DNA from: an uncultured Gaiellales bacterium
Lineage (GTDB): Bacteria; Actinomycetota; Thermoleophilia; RBG-16-64-13
DNA length: 64,000 nt
Direction: 5' to 3'
Assembly (NCBI GenBank): GCA_964423425.1
Contig: CAYRES010000001.1
Location: 298,191 to 362,190 of the forward strand
Below are positions 1 to 9,682 of this stretch, piece by piece. Within the stretch, counting starts at the first letter, position 1. Each line of letters begins with the position of its first letter. Below the pieces are notes generated by a model. That model did not search any database. It was not told where the DNA came from and saw nothing but the letters and a program-made list of their open reading frames with translations. The position numbers were made by a program, and so were the translations under genes.

Positions 1-370
1 CGGCAAAGACCCGTCGAAAGTCGACCGTTCCGCGGCTTATGCCGCCCGCTACGTGGCGAAGAACATCGTGGCCGCCGGCCTGGCTGAGCGCTGCGAGGCA
101 CAGCTCGCCTACGCCATCGGTGTGGCGCACCCGGTGAGTGTCATGGTCGACTGCTTCGGTACCAATACGGTCGACGAAGCCCTCATCCAGAAGCTGGTGG
201 GTGTGCACTTCGATCTGCGGCCGGCCGCCATCATACGCGATCTCGATCTGCTGCGGCCCATCTACGAGAAGACGGCTGCCTACGGTCATTTCGGACGCGA
301 TGACCACGATTTCACGTGGGAACGAACCGACAAGGCGTCTGTGCTGCGGAAGGAAGCGGGCCTGGCATAG
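1..370 (+). CDS. metK: S-adenosylmethionine synthetase, C-terminal part (5' end outside the window)
   Basis: The reading frame is open from position 1. The tail [28 protein letters not shown]...[12 protein letters not shown] matches the MetK C-terminus. The ORF-track M at 53 is internal. Confidence 0.85.
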   Translation, partial: GKDPSKVDRSAAYAARYVAKNIVAAGLAERCEAQLAYAIGVAHPVSVMVDCFGTNTVDEALIQKLVGVHFDLRPAAIIRDLDLLRPIYEKTAAYGHFGRDDHDFTWERTDKASVLRKEAGLA

Positions 371-414
371 GCACAGGCGGCTCAAGGGGGCACCCGGGCC
401 CACCCATCCTCCGG

Positions 415-2598
415 GTGGTTCCCTGCGTCGGTCTCAGGGCTCTGCCGAGCACCGAGTTCGACTACTTGCCGCCGCTTCCTGGAGGGGGTGACCCCGTGCC
501 CTCGCAGGGGGCGGTGGTGGCCGTGCCGTTCGGTTCTCGTACCGTGCGCGCCGTGGTCGTGGGGACGGCCGAGACGCCGGCGGTCGACACCGCGGCCTTG
601 CGCCGGGTGGAGAAGGTGTTTGAGTGGCGTGTATCCGGCGAACTCTTCGAGCTGGCGCGAGAGCTCTCCGCTCACTACCTCGCCCCGCTGGGAGCGTGCC
701 TGCGCCTCGTGCTCCCGCCACACACCACCTCGAGGGGGGCGGCTTCGCGCAAGGTCAAGTGGATACTTCCCACGGGAGCGGATCCGGATGGCGTGCGGCT
801 CACGGCCAAGCAGCGTCTGGTGCTGCAGCAGATGGCCGGCGAGGCTCGCCCGGTCGCGACGGTACTTGCCGCTGCGGGTGTCTCCCGGAGCGTACTCGGG
901 GGGCTTGTGAAGTCCGGCGTGGTGTGCCTGGAGGAGCGCGCCGCGACGGACGACACGGCGGGTTCGAACCCGGCTTCCGGCGGCGGGGGGCCCGGTCAGG
1001 CTGTGCCCGTCCCCACCGAGGAGCAGGCGGCTGCCCTTCGGGAGCTCAGCGAGCACCTCACAGCCGGAGAGCCACGGCGCGCACTTCTGTGGGGAGTGAC
1101 CGGCAGTGGGAAGACGGAAGTCTACCTCCGGCTCATCGAGGAGAACGAGGCCCGCGGACGTTCGACCATCGTGCTCGTACCCGAGATAGCCCTGACCGGG
1201 GCCCTGGGAGATCGCTTCCACAGCCGGCTGGGAGAGAAGGTCGCCGTGTGGCACAGCGGACTTTCGCCAGCCCGGCGTCGCCGTGAGTACGGCCGCGTGT
1301 GTGAGGGACGGGCCACCGTGGTGGTGGGTGCCCGCTCGGCGGTGTTCGCGCCGGTGGAGAGGCTCGGGCTCATCGTCATCGACGAGTCGCACGATTCCTC
1401 GTACAAGCATGACGATGAGCCCCGCTACAGTGCGCGCTACGCGGCCTGGCAGCGGGTGAAGAGGAGCGGCGGCCTGTTGCTGGAGGGCACCGCGACTCCG
1501 CGCTGTGAATCGCTGCTCGAGAATCACACCATCGTGCGTATGCGCGAACGTCCCGGGGGTGCGGTGCTGCCCCACGTCGAGGTGGTGGACATGCGCCGGC
1601 AGGGTGATGGGCGCCGGTTGGCGCCCATCACCCGCGAAGCTCTGGCGGAGGTGCTGAGAAGGCGGCAGCAGGCGGTGGTGTTGCTCAATCGGCGCGGTTA
1701 CGCCGCCTTCCAACTCTGCGAGGCCTGCGGCCATGTGCTCATGTGTGATGAGTGCGACGCCTCGCTGGTTCTCCACAGGCACACCGGGCGCCTCGTGTGC
1801 CATCGCTGTGGGGCCGTCTCCCGGCCGCCCGGCATCTGTCCGGCCTGTGGTGCCGCCTCGCTCTCCCGTGGCGTTCCCGGCACCGAGCATCTGCAGGAGG
1901 AGCTCAGCTCTCTGGTGTCGTCCGACCGGCTGTTCCGTCTCGACTCGGATGTCGCCGGCACAGCCTCCAAGGCCCACGCGGTACTCTCTTCGTTTCAGCA
2001 AGCCCGTCCGGGAGTTCTCGTGGGTACGCAGATGGTTGCGAAGGGTCACGATATCTCGGGGGTGACGCTCGTCGTCGTAGCGGACGCGGACGTGGGTCTG
2101 TACCTACCCGACTTCCGGGCTGCGGAGCGGACCTTCCAGCTTCTCACGCAGGTCGTGGGCAGGGCGGGGCGAGGCTCCCTTCCCGCCCGGGCTCTCGTGC
2201 AAACTTGGAATCCAGGCGTGAGCTGCATTACAATGGCTATTGAGGGAGATGTGGCCGCGTTCTACAAGAGCGAGCTGGCCGGGCGCAAGCAGCTCGGCTT
2301 CCCCCCCTACCGGCGGCTGGCCAGGTTGGTTATCTCTTGCCCCAGGGAGCACGCGGTGCGCGATGAGGCCGAGAGAGTCGCTCAGCGGCTGCGGCGGCTC
2401 GAGTGCGGGTTTGAGGTCTGGGGACCGGCACGGTTGCCGCGGGTGCGGGGCCGGTATCGCTCTCAGGTGCTGGTCTCGGCGGCGCGTGACTCCTTGGCGC
2501 TCGAGCCCTTGGGCGCAGTGTGCGAAAAGGCGCGGCGGGTGTTGGTGAAGCAAGGCGTCGATCTCATGATCGACGTCGACCCGGAATGGTTCGGTTAG
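415..2598 (+). CDS. priA: primosomal protein N' (replication restart helicase PriA)
   Basis: Walker A GVTGSGKTEVYL, DEAH-type VIDESHD, and Cys4 zinc-binding clusters CEACGHVLMCDEC and CHRCG. N-terminus is FDYLPP-like. The start is uncertain: GTG at 316 overlaps metK, GTG at 415 was chosen. Confidence 0.8.
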   Translation: MVPCVGLRALPSTEFDYLPPLPGGGDPVPSQGAVVAVPFGSRTVRAVVVGTAETPAVDTAALRRVEKVFEWRVSGELFELARELSAHYLAPLGACLRLVLPPHTTSRGAASRKVKWILPTGADPDGVRLTAKQRLVLQQMAGEARPVATVLAAAGVSRSVLGGLVKSGVVCLEERAATDDTAGSNPASGGGGPGQAVPVPTEEQAAALRELSEHLTAGEPRRALLWGVTGSGKTEVYLRLIEENEARGRSTIVLVPEIALTGALGDRFHSRLGEKVAVWHSGLSPARRRREYGRVCEGRATVVVGARSAVFAPVERLGLIVIDESHDSSYKHDDEPRYSARYAAWQRVKRSGGLLLEGTATPRCESLLENHTIVRMRERPGGAVLPHVEVVDMRRQGDGRRLAPITREALAEVLRRRQQAVVLLNRRGYAAFQLCEACGHVLMCDECDASLVLHRHTGRLVCHRCGAVSRPPGICPACGAASLSRGVPGTEHLQEELSSLVSSDRLFRLDSDVAGTASKAHAVLSSFQQARPGVLVGTQMVAKGHDISGVTLVVVADADVGLYLPDFRAAERTFQLLTQVVGRAGRGSLPARALVQTWNPGVSCITMAIEGDVAAFYKSELAGRKQLGFPPYRRLARLVISCPREHAVRDEAERVAQRLRRLECGFEVWGPARLPRVRGRYRSQVLVSAARDSLALEPLGAVCEKARRVLVKQGVDLMIDVDPEWFG

Positions 2599-2599
2599 C

Positions 2600-3139
2600 A
2601 TGTCAAAGGCAACGAAAGCCCAACCCAAAGCGGCAACTCTCGGCGCATACAGGGTGCGCAGATTCGGCGATCCCGCCCTCAAGGGGCGTTGTCCCGAGGT
2701 CACCTCGTTCGACGAACGCTTGGTCGCCTTGGCGGAGGCCATGTTCCGCATCATGGACGAGGAGGACGGCGTGGGTCTCGCGGCGCCGCAGATCGGGATA
2801 CAGAAGCGTCTTGCGGTGTGGTGCCACCCCGAGACGGGTGAGCGCTATGTGCTTGTCAATCCGCGCTTCGTGGAGATGTCCGAGTCCACCACCGTGGAGG
2901 CAGAGGGGTGTCTGTCGGTGCCCGGCTACGCAGTGGACATCCCCCGGGCCGACAGAGTGGTGGTGGAGTGTGAGAACGTTGAAGGCACGACGACGAGAGT
3001 CGAACTGGAGGGCCTTCTCGCGCGCATCGTCCAACACGAGACAGACCATCTCGACGGCGTCCTCATACTCGATCGCACCACGCCGGAGGAGCGCAGGCGG
3101 GTGCTCAAAGAGATGAGGGAGCAGGCACTCACTCAGTGA
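2600..3139 (+). CDS. def: peptide deformylase
   Basis: Motifs GVGLAAPQIG, EGCLSVPG and HETDHLDG are the three conserved deformylase motifs. Confidence 0.9.
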   Translation: MSKATKAQPKAATLGAYRVRRFGDPALKGRCPEVTSFDERLVALAEAMFRIMDEEDGVGLAAPQIGIQKRLAVWCHPETGERYVLVNPRFVEMSESTTVEAEGCLSVPGYAVDIPRADRVVVECENVEGTTTRVELEGLLARIVQHETDHLDGVLILDRTTPEERRRVLKEMREQALTQ

Positions 3140-4086
3140 GAGTCGCTTTCGCTGCCACCCCCGGTTTCGGTGCCCTGGTACTCGAAGGGTTGCTCGAGCG
3201 GGGCGTGGTGCCGGCGGTGGTGCTCACGCAGACCGACCGTCCGCGGGGGAGGGGAAGGCGCGAGTCTCCTTCCGTCTGCGCATTGGCCGCCGAGAGGGCG
3301 TCTCTTCCCTGCAACAAGATAGACGACATCAACGACCCGGGTGTGGCCGCGCATCTCCGGTCGCTCAAGGTGAAAGCGGTGGTGGTTGCGTCATTCGGGC
3401 AGATTCTCCGCCCTCCGTTGCTCGAGGAGTTCCTGTGCCTCAATGTGCACGCGTCCCTGCTCCCTCGGTATCGTGGTGCATCGCCCATCCAGGCGGCGCT
3501 CAGAGCAGGTGACCGCGTCACCGGCGTGAGCATCATGCGTATGGTGGCTGAGCTTGACGCGGGGCCGGTGGCTCTGCGGCGGGAGGTATCGCTCACCGTC
3601 GGTGACGATGCCGGTACCGTGGAGCGGGTGTTGGCACTGCTCGGTGCGCTGGGCATGGCTGAGGTACTGGAGCAGTGTGAGGCGGGGACGGCGGTGTTCG
3701 AGGCCCAGGAGGGTGAGCCCTCTTGGGCCCCCAAGCTCACTGCGGCCGACCGGGTGTTCCGGCCTGATTTGGAGGCCCTCAGGTGCCACGACTACGTTCG
3801 CGCCCTGTCGCCCGAGGTGGGGGCGTCGGCCGAGTCGGATGGACTCAAGCTCAAGATATGGAGAACCCGGCCACTCGGGGTGGCTGGAGGGGTGTCGCTC
3901 CCGGCAGGAGTCGAACACATCGCCGGCTTTCCCGGGCGGGTGGCGGTGGAGGGCGGTCGTCTGTTCGTCGGCTGTGCCGAAGGGGCGGTTGAGCTACTCG
4001 TGCTTCAGCCGGAGGGCCGGCAAAGGATGCCGGCCGCCTCCTTCCTGCGCGGCTACGGTGCCAAGATGGGAGAGCATGTGCGATGA
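3136..4086 (+). CDS. fmt: methionyl-tRNA formyltransferase
   Basis: N-terminus MRVAFAATPGFG, and the formyltransferase core HASLLPRYRGASPIQ. It overlaps the def stop, the typical def-fmt arrangement. Confidence 0.9.
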   Translation: MRVAFAATPGFGALVLEGLLERGVVPAVVLTQTDRPRGRGRRESPSVCALAAERASLPCNKIDDINDPGVAAHLRSLKVKAVVVASFGQILRPPLLEEFLCLNVHASLLPRYRGASPIQAALRAGDRVTGVSIMRMVAELDAGPVALRREVSLTVGDDAGTVERVLALLGALGMAEVLEQCEAGTAVFEAQEGEPSWAPKLTAADRVFRPDLEALRCHDYVRALSPEVGASAESDGLKLKIWRTRPLGVAGGVSLPAGVEHIAGFPGRVAVEGGRLFVGCAEGAVELLVLQPEGRQRMPAASFLRGYGAKMGEHVR

Positions 4087-4123
4087 TGGCCTTACCGTCC
4101 AGGTCGAGAGGAGAGGGGCGAAC

Positions 4124-4822
4124 ATGACGATACCCGCTGGTGCGTACGGTGAACGGCTGGTGCTCCCCTCTCTTCTCTCCGCCGACTTCGGCCGTCTGGC
4201 CGAGGAGATAGCCGTGGTGACCGATGCGGGTGCACGGATGCTGCACATGGACGTGATGGACGGCCATTTCGTACCAAACATCACCATCGGCATGCCGGTG
4301 ATCGCGGCCTTGTCGCCGGTGGTGCACGCCGCCGGCGCCTTGGTTGATGTTCATCTCATGATCGCGGAACCAGATCGCTACCTCAAAGACTTCGTCTCCG
4401 CCGGCGCCGATGGTCTCTCCGTCCACATCGAGACCTGCCCTCACATCCATCGTACGCTGTGTCAGATCAAAGAATTGGGGCTTGCGGCAGGCCTGGTCCT
4501 CAATCCCGGTACCGATGTCTCTCTGGTCCGGGAGGCGCTCAAGTTCGCCGACTACGTGCTGGTCATGAGTGTCAATCCCGGCTTCGGCGGGCAGTCCTTC
4601 ATCCCTGAAGTGCTCGAGAAGGTGAAGGCCATCCGCGACCTGTTGCCCGAGGGGGCCGCCGTCGAGATCGACGGCGGCATTGACGCCTCCACCATCGAGA
4701 GTGCAGCCGAGGCGGGAGCGAACTGGTTCGTGGCGGGCTCTGCCGTGTACTCAGGGGGCGATGCCGCAGGTGAGTACCGGCGGCTGGCCGGCTTGGCGGG
4801 GGCGTTCGTCCGGGCGAGGTGA
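4124..4822 (+). CDS. rpe: ribulose-phosphate 3-epimerase
   Basis: Sequence LPSLLSADFGRL...HMDVMDGHFVPNITIG...DVHLMI...MSVNPGFGGQ matches Rpe. ATG at 4124 follows SD GGAGAGGGG. The long upstream ORF extension (3554..) overlaps fmt and was rejected. Confidence 0.9.
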   Translation: MTIPAGAYGERLVLPSLLSADFGRLAEEIAVVTDAGARMLHMDVMDGHFVPNITIGMPVIAALSPVVHAAGALVDVHLMIAEPDRYLKDFVSAGADGLSVHIETCPHIHRTLCQIKELGLAAGLVLNPGTDVSLVREALKFADYVLVMSVNPGFGGQSFIPEVLEKVKAIRDLLPEGAAVEIDGGIDASTIESAAEAGANWFVAGSAVYSGGDAAGEYRRLAGLAGAFVRAR

Positions 4823-4883
4823 ATTTGTGGCGGTCGGGCCGCCGTGGTACCATGCAGGTGCGCTTTCTGTGGAGAGCGAGAGA

Positions 4884-5008
4884 TGTGGTCTTCGGGGTCG
4901 GGTGCGATTCCCTACCGGCGGTGAGAGCCCGCGAGCGACGCTGAGGCGCGCAGACCAGGTGGAATCCCTGGGCCGACAGTGACAGTCTGGACGAGAGAAG
5001 ACCGAGCC
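4884..5008 (+). promoter_or_regulatory. FMN riboswitch (RFN element) upstream of the rib operon
   Basis: GGTCTTCGGGGTCGGGTGCGATTCCCTACCGGCGGTGAGAGCCCGCGAGCG...GACCAGGTGGAATCCCTGGGCCGACAGTGACAGTCTGGACGAGAGAAGACC matches the conserved RFN core. P1 pairs GGTCTTC with GAAGACC. It lies directly 5' of ribD. Confidence 0.85.
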
Positions 5009-5038
5009 GGCGGTTTCCACCGCCTGCCCGTGCCTACC

Positions 5039-5066
5039 TGACCCCGTGCGAAGAGGGGTCTTTTTT
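5039..5066 (+). terminator. intrinsic terminator (riboswitch expression platform)
   Basis: Stem GACCCC-(9 nt loop)-GGGGTC followed by TTTTTT. Confidence 0.7.
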
Positions 5067-6197
5067 GTGGGTGTGAACGAGGCCGACAGAGGGTTCTTGG
5101 AGCAGGCTCTGAGCTTGGCCGGGCGCGCGCGGGGACGCACGAGTCCGAATCCCCTTGTGGGCGCGGTGTTGGTGGGCGAGGGGGGCGTCGTGGCCCGTGG
5201 TTTTCACAAGGGGCCCGGCCTCGATCACGCGGAGATAGTGGCGCTCAAGTCGGCTGCGTCCGCAGGGGTGAGCACCGAGGGCACCACTGTCTACGTCACG
5301 CTGGAGCCCTGTTGCCACCATGGGCGTACTCCTCCCTGCACCCAGGCACTGATCGCCGCCGGGGTACGACGGGTGGTGATCGGCGCCATCGATCCTTCGC
5401 CCAAAGTGAATGGCAAGGGTGTCGAGGAGTTGAGGTCCGCGGGCATCCATGTCGACCTGGCCGATGACGACATCGCCCACGCTGCTCGCCGGCAGAATGA
5501 CCCCTTCAGAAAGCATGCACGCACGGGTTCGCCCTTCATCACCTACAAGTACGCCATGACCATGGATGGCCGCGTGGCCACCGAGTCGGGCCACTCCTCC
5601 TGGATATCAGGCGAGGAGAGCCGCCGGTTGGTGCATCGCCTGCGGGCGTGGTCCGACGCCGTCATGGTCGGTGCGGGCACACTGGAGCGCGACGATCCTT
5701 TGCTTACCGCGCGGGATGTCGATGCGCACCGGCAGCCGCTGCGGGTGGTGGCTGACGGCCGCCTGAGCATCAGGGCCCGCTCGTCCCTCGCGGCGTCGCT
5801 TGAGGAGGGGCGGGTGCTCGTGTTCTGCGACGAAGATGTCGATAGTGTCCGCCGCGCCGAGGTCGAAGGGTGGGGCTTTGAAGTCGTCCCGGTGCAGTCA
5901 TCTGCGGATGGCCTGCTCAAGTGGCCGCTCATGGCAAAGGAGCTCGGGGTGCGAGGGGTGCAGAGCCTCCTCCTGGAGGGGGGCCCGCGTTTGGCGGCAT
6001 CCGCGTTCGAGAGCGGCCTCATCGATAAGGTCATGTGCTTTCTGGCTCCGGTGATAGCGGGTGGGGCGGAGGCGCCCGGCCCGCTGCCCATCAAAGCCTA
6101 CGGCCGTATGGACGAGGCCCCCCGTCTCTGGGAAGTCACCATGGAGCGGTGCGGGGACGATGCACTGCTCAGCGGATTCTTGACGGAGGCCTACTGA
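5067..6197 (+). CDS. ribD: bifunctional diaminohydroxyphosphoribosylaminopyrimidine deaminase / 5-amino-6-(5-phosphoribosylamino)uracil reductase
   Basis: Deaminase motifs HAEIVAL and LEPCCHHGRTPPC, plus a C-terminal reductase domain. The ORF-track start at 5046 lies inside the terminator stem. In-frame GTG at 5067 or 5073 is more plausible. Confidence 0.85.
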   Translation: MGVNEADRGFLEQALSLAGRARGRTSPNPLVGAVLVGEGGVVARGFHKGPGLDHAEIVALKSAASAGVSTEGTTVYVTLEPCCHHGRTPPCTQALIAAGVRRVVIGAIDPSPKVNGKGVEELRSAGIHVDLADDDIAHAARRQNDPFRKHARTGSPFITYKYAMTMDGRVATESGHSSWISGEESRRLVHRLRAWSDAVMVGAGTLERDDPLLTARDVDAHRQPLRVVADGRLSIRARSSLAASLEEGRVLVFCDEDVDSVRRAEVEGWGFEVVPVQSSADGLLKWPLMAKELGVRGVQSLLLEGGPRLAASAFESGLIDKVMCFLAPVIAGGAEAPGPLPIKAYGRMDEAPRLWEVTMERCGDDALLSGFLTEAY

Positions 6198-6198
6198 C

Positions 6199-6885
6199 GT
6201 GTTCACGGGGCTGGTGGAAGAGGTGGGCACGGTTCTCAGGTTGGTGAGGCGCGGCGAGGGCGCGCACCTCTTCGTGCGGGCCGCGGCCGTGCTCGAGGGA
6301 ACCCGCGTAGGCGACTCTATTGCCGTCGACGGCGCCTGTCTCACCGTGGTTTCTCTCGACGACTCAGCCTTTGCCGTTGATTGTATGGCCGAGACCCTGT
6401 CGCATACCACGCTGGGGCGGCTTCGCCCGGGTGACAGGGTCAACCTCGAGAGGGCTCTGGCTCTGGGCGACCGGCTGGGGGGCCACCTCGTGCTCGGCCA
6501 CGTCGATGCCGTCGGCGAGGTACGTTCGGTCCGCACCCGGGGTATCGCCTGGGAGGTGCGTGTCGGGCTTCCGGCGGCTCTTGCCGCCTACGTCGCCCCC
6601 AAGGGGTCGGTAGCCATCGACGGCATCTCACTCACTGTCACCGATGTCAGTGCGGATGAGTTCGGAGTGGGCGTGATCCCGCACACGCTTTCGGCGACCA
6701 CGCTCGCTTCCATTGCACCGGGGTGTCTCGTGAATCTGGAAGCGGACGTGCTCGCGCGCTATGTGCGGCAGGCTCTCGGATCCTTCGCCGGCACAGATGG
6801 CGGTTCTTTGCCCCCGTCGGTTCCGGGGGGTGACATGGTGGACGGAGGCCTTACGGCCGACAAGCTCAAGGAGTACGGGTTCTGA
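6199..6885 (+). CDS. ribE: riboflavin synthase (alpha subunit)
   Basis: N-terminus MFTGLVEEVGTV and the internal duplicated lumazine-binding repeat GDSIAVDGACLTV / GSVAIDGISLTV. Confidence 0.9.
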   Translation: MFTGLVEEVGTVLRLVRRGEGAHLFVRAAAVLEGTRVGDSIAVDGACLTVVSLDDSAFAVDCMAETLSHTTLGRLRPGDRVNLERALALGDRLGGHLVLGHVDAVGEVRSVRTRGIAWEVRVGLPAALAAYVAPKGSVAIDGISLTVTDVSADEFGVGVIPHTLSATTLASIAPGCLVNLEADVLARYVRQALGSFAGTDGGSLPPSVPGGDMVDGGLTADKLKEYGF

Positions 6886-6970
6886 CGCTGCAGAGGCATA
6901 CGCTCGGGCATATGAAGGAGTACCAGGGGCTGGGAAGATGCCCCGGAGACACTGGAAAGGTTGATGAACG

Positions 6971-8230
6971 ATGAATGATTCCGGCTCGCCCTTTGCCACC
7001 ATCGAGGAAGCCCTCGAGGACATGAAGTCCGGCCGCATGGTGGTGGTGTGTGACGACGAGGACCGCGAGAACGAGGGCGATCTCACCATGGCCGCCCAAT
7101 TCGTCACCCCCGATGCCGTGAACTTCATGGCGAAGCACGGCCGGGGTCTCATATGCTTGACCCTCACCGCGGAGAGGTGCGACGAGCTCGGCCTTCACCC
7201 CATGACACGAAGCAACCAGTCTCGTTTCGAAACCGCGTTCACGGTGTCGATCGAGGCGAGGGAAGGCGTGTCGACGGGCATCTCGGCCGCCGACCGGGCA
7301 CACACCATCCAGGTCGCCATCGACCCCACCTCCACCATGCGTGACATCGTGCAGCCCGGCCATGTGTTCCCGCTGCGGGCGCGCCCCGGAGGAGTGTTGG
7401 AGCGTACCGGCCAGACCGAAGCGGCGGTCGACCTTGCCCGCTTGGCCGGCCTGTATCCGGCGGGAGTCATCTGCGAGATCATGAACGACGACGGTACCAT
7501 GGCGCGTGTGCCCGACTTGGTCAAGTACTGCGCCGCGCACGGCCTGAAGATGATCACCGTCGCCGACCTCATCAAGTATCGCCGCCGTAACGAGAAGCTC
7601 ATACGCCGGGGAGCGGAAGTCAGACTGCCCACGGTGTGGGGGGAGTTCGCTGCCATCGGGTACGAGAGCCTTCTCGACCACGAGCAACACTTGGCACTGG
7701 TGGCCGGCAACGTGAGCGAACGAGAGGACGTGCTGGTACGTGTGCACTCGGAGTGTCTCACGGGTGACGTGTTCCACTCTCTCCGCTGCGATTGCGGACA
7801 GCAACTCGTCTCCGCCATGGAGATGATCCAGCGTGAGGGCTACGGAGTACTGCTGTACATGGCCCAGGAGGGGAGGGGGATAGGGCTCCTCAATAAGCTG
7901 GAGGCCTACAGGCTGCAGGAGAAGGGCTTGGATACCGTCGAGGCCAACGTCGAGTTGGGCTTCCCGGCCGACCTGCGCGACTATGGCATCGGAGCCCAGG
8001 TGCTCGCCGATTTGGGACTGTCGTCCATTCGGCTGCTGACCAATAACCCGCGCAAGTTGGTGGGTCTGGAAGGATATGGTCTCACCATCACGGAACGAGT
8101 GCCTCTGGAGATGGACCCCTGTGATGAGAATGTGCGGTACCTATCGGCGAAGAAGAACAAGCTTGGACACATGTTGCATCATCAAGGGCTGTGCTTGGAC
8201 GACATCGAGGTTGAGGAGGGAGACAAGTGA
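6971..8230 (+). CDS. ribBA: bifunctional 3,4-dihydroxy-2-butanone-4-phosphate synthase / GTP cyclohydrolase II
   Basis: DHBP synthase N-terminal half ([11 protein letters not shown]) and GTP cyclohydrolase II C-terminal half (CDCGQQL...[10 protein letters not shown]). Confidence 0.9.
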   Translation: MNDSGSPFATIEEALEDMKSGRMVVVCDDEDRENEGDLTMAAQFVTPDAVNFMAKHGRGLICLTLTAERCDELGLHPMTRSNQSRFETAFTVSIEAREGVSTGISAADRAHTIQVAIDPTSTMRDIVQPGHVFPLRARPGGVLERTGQTEAAVDLARLAGLYPAGVICEIMNDDGTMARVPDLVKYCAAHGLKMITVADLIKYRRRNEKLIRRGAEVRLPTVWGEFAAIGYESLLDHEQHLALVAGNVSEREDVLVRVHSECLTGDVFHSLRCDCGQQLVSAMEMIQREGYGVLLYMAQEGRGIGLLNKLEAYRLQEKGLDTVEANVELGFPADLRDYGIGAQVLADLGLSSIRLLTNNPRKLVGLEGYGLTITERVPLEMDPCDENVRYLSAKKNKLGHMLHHQGLCLDDIEVEEGDK

Positions 8231-8715
8231 GCGAAGCGAAGAGCAGAGTCTTCGAGGGGGTCCTTCAGGGCGAAGGGCTGTCCGTGGGCATCGTTGTCGC
8301 ACGTTTCAACGAGTTCATCTCCGGCAAGCTCCTGTCGGGCGCTCTCGACAGCCTTCACAGGCACGGAACCAACCCGGCCAACATCGAGATCGCCTGGGTG
8401 CCGGGTGCCTACGAGATCCCTCTGGTGGCCAAGAGGCTTGCAGCGAGTAAGCGGTACGACGCCGTCATCTGTCTGGGCGCGGTCATCCGGGGTTCTACAC
8501 CTCACTTCGACTACGTGGCGGCGGAGGTGGCCAAGGGGGTGGCCCAGGTGGGCCTGGAGGCAGAGGTGCCCGTGGTCTTCGGTGTACTCACCACCGATAC
8601 CATCGAGCAGGCGGTGGAGCGGGCCGGCACGAAAGCCGGCAACAAGGGCTGGGACGCAGCCATGGCTGCGCTCGAGATGGCCAATCTCCTCCGGTCCTTA
8701 CCGGCCGGGGAGTGA
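8227..8715 (+). CDS. ribH: 6,7-dimethyl-8-ribityllumazine synthase
   Basis: Sequence [15 protein letters not shown]...[14 protein letters not shown] matches lumazine synthase. It overlaps the ribBA stop. Confidence 0.9.
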   Translation: MSEAKSRVFEGVLQGEGLSVGIVVARFNEFISGKLLSGALDSLHRHGTNPANIEIAWVPGAYEIPLVAKRLAASKRYDAVICLGAVIRGSTPHFDYVAAEVAKGVAQVGLEAEVPVVFGVLTTDTIEQAVERAGTKAGNKGWDAAMAALEMANLLRSLPAGE

Positions 8716-8744
8716 CCTCCGTGAGGCGGACCGGTGCAGGCAGA

Positions 8745-8790
8745 GAGACGGAGGAGCCACAGCCTGCACGGCTGTGGCTCCTCCGTCTAC
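8745..8790. terminator. GC-rich 19/20-bp hairpin between convergent ribH and rpmB (putative bidirectional terminator)
   Basis: GAGACGGAGGAGCCACAGCC-tgcac-GGCTGTGGCTCCTCCGTCTA. There is no strong U-tract on either side. Confidence 0.5.
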
Positions 8791-8815
8791 GTGAGGTCAG
8801 GCAGAGGCGAGTGTG

Positions 8816-9022
8816 TCAGACAGCCTTGCTGTGTATGGCCTTGGTGACCTTGTTGGCCTTCAGGCATTTCGTGCAGACATAGGCCCGGGTGGTCTTGCCT
8901 TCGAGCACCATGTTGACCTTCTGAAGATTGGGGTTCCAGCGTCGCCGGGTGGCGCGCATGGAGTGGCTGCGGTTGTTCCCGAAACCGGGTGTCTTCCCGC
9001 AGATGACGCAGACTCTCGACAT
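8816..9022 (-). CDS. rpmB: 50S ribosomal protein L28
   Basis: [34 protein letters not shown] matches the L28 signature. Confidence 0.9.
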   Translation of the reverse strand: MSRVCVICGKTPGFGNNRSHSMRATRRRWNPNLQKVNMVLEGKTTRAYVCTKCLKANKVTKAIHSKAV

Positions 9023-9295
9023 ATCGTGATCCCTTCACGGAAGAAGTAGGCGCACAGGGCATCATAGTATGCCTTCCGCCGCCGCGGATGGCAAGGTAAG
9101 GTCCACGTGGTCCGGCTCTGTTCGCGGTGCGCCTTTGACTGTGAGGGGGATGGGCGCTGCCTGCAAGAGAGGGGGAAGGAGTGGGCGCCGCGAGGCGTCC
9201 CGAAGCCTGGGAATCGGTTAGACTACCGGGTCCGGAGCCTGGGTGCGTGGTGTACAATAGGCCAATGTTCTTCTCGAGGCACACAGGAGCGAAGC

Positions 9296-9682
9296 GTGTC
9301 GAGAGCATCAAAAGATGAGCGTAGAACGGCCGGAGCGGAGAGCGAGTGGGGGACGGTTGTGGTCTCCGAAAGGGCCATAGCGGACATCGTCGCCTACACG
9401 GTCCTCGAATGCTACGGAGTCGTGGGTATGGCCTCTCCCAATGCGTACCAGGGGGTCGCGAGGCTGCTGAGCAGAGACAAGCTGCATCAAGGCATCAAGG
9501 TGGAGCGGGACAAGGGCCATTTCAAGATATCCATCTATGTAGTCGTTGAGTACGGCCTGAACGTGGCCGAGGTTGCGGGCAATGTGCGGTCGCAGGTGGC
9601 GTACAACGTGGAGAAGGCCACGCGCGAACGGGTCACCGACCTCCACATCCACGTCCAAGGAGTGCGAGTTGGCGGACAGTAA
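9296..9682 (+). CDS. Asp23/Gls24-family alkaline shock protein (YloU-like)
   Basis: Sequence ...RAIADIVAYTVLECYGVVGMA...GIKVERDKGHFKISIYVVVEYGLNVAEVAGNVRSQV matches Asp23. GTG start follows SD AGGAG. The ORF-track start at 9107 was rejected as an N-terminal over-extension. Confidence 0.75.
   Translation: MSRASKDERRTAGAESEWGTVVVSERAIADIVAYTVLECYGVVGMASPNAYQGVARLLSRDKLHQGIKVERDKGHFKISIYVVVEYGLNVAEVAGNVRSQVAYNVEKATRERVTDLHIHVQGVRVGGQ

Noticed and set aside
959-972. tRNA T-arm-like string GGTTCGAACCCGGC.
   Set aside because: It lies inside the priA reading frame (it encodes ...AGSNPAS...). No acceptor or anticodon stem can be built around it.
382-2049. 555-aa minus-strand ORF antisense to priA, and similar long antisense ORFs at 13075-14700, 23530-25557, 34598-35755, 36409-37404, 39517-40683, 40719-41957, 43945-45264, 55152-56468 and 59820-60818.
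   Set aside because: These are shadow ORFs from stop-codon depletion in GC-rich coding DNA. In every case the opposite strand carries a gene with clear family motifs. None shows recognisable motifs of its own.
3554-4123. Long N-terminal extension of the rpe ORF (422 aa).
   Set aside because: The extension overlaps fmt in another frame and has no Rpe homology. The SD-preceded ATG at 4124 gives a canonical 232-aa Rpe.
9253-9258. TACAAT hexamer 37 nt upstream of the asp23 start as a promoter.
   Set aside because: No acceptable -35 or TGn extension could be found at correct spacing. It is mentioned only as a weak possibility.
9573-9668. ORF-track start of the DAK2/YloV gene inside the asp23 gene.
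   Set aside because: It overlaps asp23 by 110 nt, and YloV homology only begins near 9690. A TTG at 9669 fits the expected N-terminal length.
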